Positions 57,967 through 64,000 of a stretch of DNA of 64,000 bases are shown piece after piece; the stretch's first letter is position 1, and every line of letters begins with the position of its first letter. The DNA is from an uncultured Ignavibacteriales bacterium (lineage in GTDB: Bacteria > Zixibacteria > MSB-5A5 > GN15 > FEB-12). The stretch lies in the NCBI GenBank assembly GCA_964464605.1, contig CAYXJN010000007.1, forward strand, positions 124,001 through 188,000, given 5' to 3'. Position numbers and translations under genes: made by a program. The notes beneath the pieces are model-generated. The model did not search any database, had not been told where the DNA came from, and saw only the letters and a program-made list of their open reading frames with translations.

Positions 57967-59324
57967 TTGAATTCCTCACGAAGCTCAACGATAACTTGGT
58001 CTCCGTCCCGCACTAATGTTTGCCGCGTGACGGCGGTCATGGTGTTGGCAATCGGATGGTGAATGAGCAGTTGTTGGCGATCTGCTTTCGGCAAAAATCC
58101 ACCGACGCTGTTGACATACCAATCGACCGTTTTGCCTGCAACAAACGGAACAATCCCCGGATTTCGCACCTGTCCTGCCACCTGCACGAAGCCGTGCGCC
58201 GTTTGCACGACGACTGAATCTCCGGCGCGAAGTTCGAATGATGAGAGCAAAAATTGCTGCTGATCGATAAACACAATCGGATACCGGGTATCGGTAATTT
58301 GTCCGACCGCATTTGTGCCTATGCGCCGAAATACCACCGTTCGTTCCTGAACCGCTTCTTCCAAAAAGCCGCCGGCTGATTGAATCAATTGGCCGAGGGT
58401 GTGAATACCGGCAGTATCAAACCGTCCCGGTTTTGCAACCGCGCCAAAAATCGAAATCTGCCGTATTGACTGCAGGTTGTGTAGTGCCGGAACAATAACC
58501 GTCCCCCCTGCTTTGAGCGTATTGGCGTCTGAACCGATAACCTTTACCTTCGAGATATCACCGTATCCGGTCACACCTCCGGCAAGGCCGACCAGTAATG
58601 CAAGGGAATCGGTCGGGAGCAGTTCGATAACGCGAGGGGAGGTAACTTCTCCAACTACGTGCACCAACGATTGCGAACGACCGGGTACGTCGATTCGATC
58701 ACCGGCATACAAGAGCGGATCAAACTGAGCGTCCCCTAAAAACGAGGCACGATCCAAATCGACCGGCAATACCGTATCGCTTCCGATAAAACGAATAAGC
58801 CGGGTTGAGCCACCCGGTTTCACACCGCCTGCGGCGGCAATGATTTCTGATACCCGCTGTGACGTGTAAAGGGTATATGCACCGGGCTGGGCAACTTCAC
58901 CAGTAACACTAACCGTAATCAGGCGCGGCTTGGAAACACTAAGAGTGATTTCACGGGCGTTGAATTGTTTAGCGAGGGCGTCGGTGAGCTCTTTGCGCGC
59001 TTCGGTTAACGTTTTACCAGCGAGCAGCAGTTTACCGAGACTCGGCTCGACAACATATCCCTCAGGATTAACCGTAAACGATTGTGACGGAATTTTTGAG
59101 CCAATAAACACGGCGGTGATAACTTCACCCGGCCGCACAAGATAGCGATTCGGGTTAATCGGTTCGCTGTAGTCACGATACAGCGGCTCTAAGGAGAAAA
59201 TACGGCGCAATGAGTCTACCTGTGCGCTTTGTCCCTCCGCTTTGCCGGGGACAAGCGTCAGACCCAGGGCGAGAATGGCCAGAAAAATCGTGATTTGCAG
59301 TGCAATTCGGGCAGATTTCATCAT
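57963..59324 (-). CDS. Polysaccharide export protein with SLBB repeats (Wza/KpsD-like)
   Basis: YLVRPGE, V.VTGEV..PG.Y, AAGG, GDRI.VP and repeated SLBB units. ATG at 59324 or 59321. Confidence 0.88.
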   Translation of the reverse strand: MMKSARIALQITIFLAILALGLTLVPGKAEGQSAQVDSLRRIFSLEPLYRDYSEPINPNRYLVRPGEVITAVFIGSKIPSQSFTVNPEGYVVEPSLGKLLLAGKTLTEARKELTDALAKQFNAREITLSVSKPRLITVSVTGEVAQPGAYTLYTSQRVSEIIAAAGGVKPGGSTRLIRFIGSDTVLPVDLDRASFLGDAQFDPLLYAGDRIDVPGRSQSLVHVVGEVTSPRVIELLPTDSLALLVGLAGGVTGYGDISKVKVIGSDANTLKAGGTVIVPALHNLQSIRQISIFGAVAKPGRFDTAGIHTLGQLIQSAGGFLEEAVQERTVVFRRIGTNAVGQITDTRYPIVFIDQQQFLLSSFELRAGDSVVVQTAHGFVQVAGQVRNPGIVPFVAGKTVDWYVNSVGGFLPKADRQQLLIHHPIANTMTAVTRQTLVRDGDQVIVELREEFK

Positions 59325-59333
59325 TAGCAACAG

Positions 59334-59362
59334 AGGATATCGGAAATCAGGCGGTAAGTCAA
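59334..59362 (-). promoter_or_regulatory. Sigma70 promoter of the export/Wbp operon
   Basis: TTGACT-N17-TATCCT, 9 nt before ATG 59324. Confidence 0.6.
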
Positions 59363-59455
59363 ACAAATAGCCTGCATGCAAGTTACTACAAAAAATGCTG
59401 GGAGAGCGGAAACTCACACATTACCATTGCCTTACGAGAGGTATGAATACATCAA

Positions 59456-60577
59456 ATGACCACTGAACAGCCTATTTTCAAAAAAATTTCACCTTCTTCT
59501 TTGGTATTTATACCGAGTCTTCTGTTCGTTGTTTTTCTCGGAATAAATCTGATCCTGCTTTCGACAGGGGAGCGGAAGTATCAAAGCTTACTCCGTATTC
59601 TTTCACAGTGGGATGGGCAGCACTATCTATCGATCGCCCGTGACGGATATCGGATACAGCCGTGCGAAGGGCTTCCTTCCAGTTTCATCTGCGGCAACGT
59701 AGGCTGGTTCCCGATGTACCCAATGTTCGGGAAACTCCTGATTGCAACCGGATTGGATGCAAGGTTCGGGATGCTTGCATTATCCTGGCTTGCGCTTTGG
59801 GGAGCGTTAATATTACTCTATCGATTATTAATTAAAATGTTCGATAGCACAGTTGCAAAACTGAGTTGCGTGTTGCTGTTGCTCTTCCCGACCTCATTCT
59901 ACTTCGCCTGCGTATTCCCGTATTCACTCTACCTGCTTTTAGCCGTCACGGTAATGACGCTTTTGTATGAACGAAGATACCACTGGCTGCTTATTCCCTG
60001 CGGATTGTTGGCAGCAACGTACCCATCGGGCGCGATAATCGGATTGCCTGTCGCGTACGAATTGATTAAACGATTCAAATCGCTCACGAATAAAGCACGA
60101 GCGTGGTTGTTGGCTGCATTAGCTGCCCTGCCGTTAGCGATTCTTTTGTATTTTGGTTATTACTTGATAACGTTCGATGATTTCCTGCTCTACACCCGTT
60201 TTCAGGGGCAAAGCTACTACGCGCACAAGCTGTCGATTCCGTTTGTTACGTTGTATTTCTCCCTTACCAGCATGCCGATTATGCATCCGGAAATACTAGC
60301 CGTGTTATTCGCATTCGGAACTCTAATCATCATGTACACAAAAAAACTTCCGGTTGGATGGCTGCTGTTTCTGCTCGGCATATTGTTGTTCACTCCTACA
60401 TTCGGCACGACCCAATGCTATTACCGGCATATTGTCGTCGCGTTCCCGCTGAGTGTTTTAGTCGCGTTGAACTGGCAGTCGCGGCGGAAATGGCTGATCC
60501 TCTTCTATGCGCTAATTGCCGTCGGATTATATACAGCTATTTATGTGTCGGAGTTTAAAAAAGGAACCCTGATGTAG
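59456..60577 (+). CDS. GT-C membrane glycosyltransferase (PIG-V/mannosyltransferase-like)
   Basis: WDGQHYLSIARDGY, WFPMYP, FPTSFYF, about 10 TM segments, RH.VVAFPL. Confidence 0.78.
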   Translation: MTTEQPIFKKISPSSLVFIPSLLFVVFLGINLILLSTGERKYQSLLRILSQWDGQHYLSIARDGYRIQPCEGLPSSFICGNVGWFPMYPMFGKLLIATGLDARFGMLALSWLALWGALILLYRLLIKMFDSTVAKLSCVLLLLFPTSFYFACVFPYSLYLLLAVTVMTLLYERRYHWLLIPCGLLAATYPSGAIIGLPVAYELIKRFKSLTNKARAWLLAALAALPLAILLYFGYYLITFDDFLLYTRFQGQSYYAHKLSIPFVTLYFSLTSMPIMHPEILAVLFAFGTLIIMYTKKLPVGWLLFLLGILLFTPTFGTTQCYYRHIVVAFPLSVLVALNWQSRRKWLILFYALIAVGLYTAIYVSEFKKGTLM

Positions 60578-60579
60578 GC

Positions 60580-61008
60580 TTATTTAACTAAGCGAAATCG
60601 GTAGATAACATCCAGGGATGCTGAATCGGCATGCCGCTCTAAATACAAACTATCCCCACGAAAGGTGGCGCTGAATGCTCCTTTTGGAATACGCAGTGAA
60701 TCACAATTCGAACCGGTAAAAACAGGAGACGATAGATACAAAGTCGGCGTTCCATAGCCGGAGGCGCTCCCCTTTGAATCGCAGATATTCGTTTGATGCG
60801 TTACATGCGTCAAATCATAGGTGTTACTCCGGATAATCAGACTGACGGTATCGGTACGATATTCAAATCTTCCCGGTCTGAAAATTTCAAGATCACCGGA
60901 ATACAGTTCTGTTTCTGCCTGACCTACGATTTCATCTTCGGTGCAACGCAGGAAGAAAAAAGAAACAAGCAACGAAACCCCGGCCATCAGGACAATTCGT
61001 TTGCTCAT
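60580..61008 (-). CDS. Putative lipoprotein
   Basis: Basic N-terminus and hydrophobic stretch ending in FLRC; directly downstream of pyrG. Confidence 0.65.
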   Translation of the reverse strand: MSKRIVLMAGVSLLVSFFFLRCTEDEIVGQAETELYSGDLEIFRPGRFEYRTDTVSLIIRSNTYDLTHVTHQTNICDSKGSASGYGTPTLYLSSPVFTGSNCDSLRIPKGAFSATFRGDSLYLERHADSASLDVIYRFRLVK

Positions 61009-61024
61009 ATTAAACTTTCAATTA

Positions 61025-62710
61025 TCAGGAAGTTTTCGATAACCGGGGTGCAGTTTCATTCGGAAATTCTACCGAAACTCCCTTGCGTCCTTCCGCATAT
61101 TTGACCGCCGCCTTCACAAATTCTCTGAACAATGGATGCGGCCGGGTCGGGCGGGATTTCAGCTCCGGATGATACTGTACGCTTACAAACCAGGGGTGGC
61201 TCGGAACCTCTACAATTTCTACCAGCCGCTTGTCAGGCGACAAACCGCTTAAAAGAAGCCCGTTGCTGGCAAGCATGTCACGATAGGCGTTATTCACTTC
61301 GTAGCGATGGCGGTGCCGCTCGGATATTTGTTCAACGCCATAGGCAGCATAGGCACGGGAGTTTTTGTCGAGCACACAGGGATAGGCGCCTAAACGCATT
61401 GTACCGCCTAATTCCGTGACTCCTTCCTGATCAGCCATCAGGTGAATAACCGGGTGCTTCAATTCACGATAGAATTCAAACGAATGGGCATCAGCTAAAC
61501 CGCAGACATTGCGGGCAAACTCAATAACAGCGCACTGCATACCAAGACAGATACCGAAGAATGGAATGTTGTGTTCGCGGACATAACGAATCGCCTCGAT
61601 TTTTCCTTCCACCCCGCGCTCGCCGAACCCGCCGGGAATGAGCAAACCATCCATATCATGCAGATACTTTTCAGCGCCGTTTTGTTTGATATCTTCTGAA
61701 CTTATCCAGATCAGTTTGACTTCGGCATCGGCAAAAGCACCGGCGTGAACGAATGATTCGATAATCGACTTGTACGCATCCTTCAAATTTACATATTTGC
61801 CGCAAATGGCGATTTTCACTGAACGGGAAGGGTTATGAATCACTTCGAGCATCTTGTCCCAGTCGGCAAGCTGCGGTTCGGGAGCGGTCAGATTGAAATG
61901 TTCTAACACGATATCATCCACCTGCTGCGCGCGGAACATGCGGGGAACTTCATAGATAGTGGAGACATCCTCAGCGACAATGACCGATTTGGTCGGAACG
62001 GAACAGAACAGACTGAGTTTTTGGCGCAACCCTTCCGACATCGGCTGGGCGGAACGGCATAACAGCATATTCGGTTGAATACCAATAGCGCGAAGTTCAC
62101 GAACCGAGTGCTGTGTCGGTTTGGTTTTGAACTCTCCAGCCGCGCGAATGAATGGCACCAGGGTTACGTGCACATACATCGTGTTGCGCGGGCCTTCTTC
62201 GAGTCCCAACTGGCGAATCGCTTCCAAGAACGGTAATGATTCAATATCACCGACTGTGCCGCCGACTTCCGCGATGATGACATCCGGCGCCGGCTCGGAT
62301 TTTTCAAGCCGTTTAATCCGGTTCTTGATTTCTTCTGTTACGTGCGGAATTACCTGAACAGTCGCACCCAAATAATCGCCGCGACGTTCGCGGGTAATAA
62401 TGGTGTGGTAGACCTGACCGGTGGTGACGCTGTTATCTTTTTTAAGGGGTTGATCCAAAAAGCGTTCGTAATGTCCTAAATCCAGATCAGTTTCGGAACC
62501 GTCATCAAGCACGAACACTTCCCCGTGCTGGTACGGGTTCATCGTTCCCGGATCGACGTTCAAATAGGGATCAAGTTTGATATTGGTAACGCGCAGTCCG
62601 CGCCGTTCCAAAAGCAGTCCGATAGAGGCGGCAGCAATCCCTTTTCCTAAGGAGGAAACCACACCGCCGGTTACAAAAATATATTTAGTACTCTTTCCCA
62701 TTTGTTTCAC
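61025..62710 (-). CDS. pyrG: CTP synthase
   Basis: TGGVVSSLGKG, DPYLNVDPGTM, KTKPTQHS, GICLGMQ, ERHRHRYE, QYHPE. Confidence 0.99.
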   Translation of the reverse strand: MKQMGKSTKYIFVTGGVVSSLGKGIAAASIGLLLERRGLRVTNIKLDPYLNVDPGTMNPYQHGEVFVLDDGSETDLDLGHYERFLDQPLKKDNSVTTGQVYHTIITRERRGDYLGATVQVIPHVTEEIKNRIKRLEKSEPAPDVIIAEVGGTVGDIESLPFLEAIRQLGLEEGPRNTMYVHVTLVPFIRAAGEFKTKPTQHSVRELRAIGIQPNMLLCRSAQPMSEGLRQKLSLFCSVPTKSVIVAEDVSTIYEVPRMFRAQQVDDIVLEHFNLTAPEPQLADWDKMLEVIHNPSRSVKIAICGKYVNLKDAYKSIIESFVHAGAFADAEVKLIWISSEDIKQNGAEKYLHDMDGLLIPGGFGERGVEGKIEAIRYVREHNIPFFGICLGMQCAVIEFARNVCGLADAHSFEFYRELKHPVIHLMADQEGVTELGGTMRLGAYPCVLDKNSRAYAAYGVEQISERHRHRYEVNNAYRDMLASNGLLLSGLSPDKRLVEIVEVPSHPWFVSVQYHPELKSRPTRPHPLFREFVKAAVKYAEGRKGVSVEFPNETAPRLSKTS

Positions 62711-63456
62711 CGAATCCTTGGTTGTAATTGAATCTTATGAATATCGGCCGGAGTGTCAACAGAAACCGGCTTTACTTTTGCAAGATAAACGCTCATTTCC
62801 CCACCTTGTTCCAAAATGCGAAGCTGTTCCAGTGATTCCGCTTTTTCCGCGTCAGTCCGTTTCCAGCGAGCGTATTGCCGCAGCGCTTCCGCGGTGAACA
62901 AATAAATCCCTATATGTCCCAAAAACTGTGCCTGACCAGCCCGATTGCCGGAAGTCGGCTTTTGCAGATACGGAATCGGGTACCGGGAAAACCAGGCTGC
63001 CCGTTTTTTGGCATCTAAAACCACTTTTACCTGTGAGGGGTTGAATAACTCGGAATCATCGGTCAGCGGGAAGGCAAGTGTTCCGAACGAGCTATTCCCA
63101 TTTTTAAATTTTGTGAGCGCGGAACTGACCGGCTTGGCGAAGGGAAACAGATTGTCCCCCTGTATGTTAACATAGATTTCCGCCGGGATTTTTTTCATCA
63201 CTTCGGCTATGCGGTCACTGCCGGTGTGCGGGCGGCTGGAGCTTTTGACCGCTTCACCGCCGAAATCTTCAACGGCTTTGACAATCCGGTTGTCATCGGT
63301 CACGACAACAAGTCGATCAATGCCCTTAATTTTGCGCGCCTCATCCCACACGTAGTAAATGAGCGGTCTGCCTTTTAGAGAGAAGAGTATCTTGTTGGGG
63401 AATCGGGTAGAGCCGAGTCGGGCGGGAATCGCTGCCACGACCTTGGCCATCTTCAC
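62707..63456 (-). CDS. kdsB: 3-deoxy-manno-octulosonate cytidylyltransferase
   Basis: IPARLGSTRFPNK, TGSDR, NIQGD, FSR.PIP, HIGIY, ESLEQLR, VDTP.D. Confidence 0.96.
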   Translation of the reverse strand: MKMAKVVAAIPARLGSTRFPNKILFSLKGRPLIYYVWDEARKIKGIDRLVVVTDDNRIVKAVEDFGGEAVKSSSRPHTGSDRIAEVMKKIPAEIYVNIQGDNLFPFAKPVSSALTKFKNGNSSFGTLAFPLTDDSELFNPSQVKVVLDAKKRAAWFSRYPIPYLQKPTSGNRAGQAQFLGHIGIYLFTAEALRQYARWKRTDAEKAESLEQLRILEQGGEMSVYLAKVKPVSVDTPADIHKIQLQPRIR

Positions 63457-63740
63457 CCGATAACCTTCGGGACGCGGAAGAATTTCCCATCGGAGTCAGG
63501 GGCATTCTTCAGCGCCTCTTCACGCGGGAGAGAAGGAACAACCCGGTCTTCCCGAAAACGGTTTTCAGAACCAAGCACACCGACATACGGGGCCACGCCT
63601 TCTGTATTCACTTCAGCCAATTGACCGACATAATCCAAAATTACCGTCAGTTCGGTGGTGAATTGCTCGACTTCTTTGGGGGATAACTCTAAGCGCGCCA
63701 GCTTGGCGATATGCTCGACTTGGTTCGTTGATAGCGGCAT
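63453..63740 (-). CDS. gatC: Asp/Glu-tRNA amidotransferase subunit C
   Basis: VEHIAKLARL, ILDYV.QL.EV.T, REDRV, NAP, FFRVPKV. Confidence 0.96.
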   Translation of the reverse strand: MPLSTNQVEHIAKLARLELSPKEVEQFTTELTVILDYVGQLAEVNTEGVAPYVGVLGSENRFREDRVVPSLPREEALKNAPDSDGKFFRVPKVIG

Positions 63741-63745
63741 GGGTG

Positions 63746-63774
63746 AGTATAGAGAAAAGGGCGTATCCTGTCAA
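63746..63774 (-). promoter_or_regulatory. Sigma70 promoter of gatC-kdsB-pyrG (probably leaderless)
   Basis: TTGACA-N17-TATACT, 5 nt (CACCC) before ATG 63740; no SD. Confidence 0.75.
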
Positions 63775-63887
63775 GCCATAACGTTTTCTTACTTTTTTTC
63801 TGACTTCCCCGTCAAAGCCTAAAGAAAAAATCCGGCCTTCCGATAGTCCACTTAGAAACAAATGTGTCATTGTGAAACGACAACCGG

Positions 63888-64000
63888 ATGAAAACTATAG
63901 AGACGCTCCCCAATAGACTTTCCAAAACGGAAGCTATCGATGCTACGTCCATACTGGATGTGATCATCGGTCATCGCTTGCGCGGAAAGCTGGTCGAGCA
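63888..64000 (+). CDS. Possible 5' end of a gene running off the window
   Basis: ATG at 63888 is open to the window end (MKTIETLPNRLSK...); too short to assign. Confidence 0.35.
   Translation, partial: MKTIETLPNRLSKTEAIDATSILDVIIGHRLRGKLVE

Noticed and set aside
1..64000. CRISPR arrays, tRNA/rRNA genes, transposases, integrases, prophage or defence genes
   Set aside because: I found no regularly spaced repeats, cloverleaf motifs or such protein motifs. The intergenic gaps are short and largely accounted for.

Overview
A 64 kb stretch of core chromosome from a diderm bacterium. It most likely belongs to candidate phylum Zixibacteria (FCB-related); this is inferred from a Cys-flanked dockerin tail and FlgD/T9SS-type C-terminal domains. 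Most genes are on the minus strand. In coordinate order: a partial serS, rpmB, a dcw cluster (mraZ to ftsZ, without murB or ddl), a divergent gingipain-like C25 protease, and a purM-gpmI-lnt-PorZ-like-GNAT-GT4-GT4 unit. Next come ftsE-ftsX-envC-holB-ricT-metG-tatD-rsmA-rluD, a YCF48-like gene, a two-gene AT-rich islet, rho, rsfS, a stand-alone GlmU N-terminal domain and panC/panD. The window ends with a Wza/Wzz/Wbp surface-glycan locus, a GT-C transferase and gatC-kdsB-pyrG. I saw no tRNA, rRNA, CRISPR array or transposase. The most unusual items are: (1) one 611-codon amidase-PKD-dockerin reading frame interrupted by two in-frame TGA codons; (2) a probable sigma54-dependent four-hairpin sRNA between rpmB and ftsZ; (3) parts resembling the T9SS cargo-to-glycan anchoring machinery; (4) an FtsE lacking its Q-loop, signature and His-switch motifs; (5) several apparently leaderless transcripts. 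All family assignments come from motif recognition by eye; no database searches were run.
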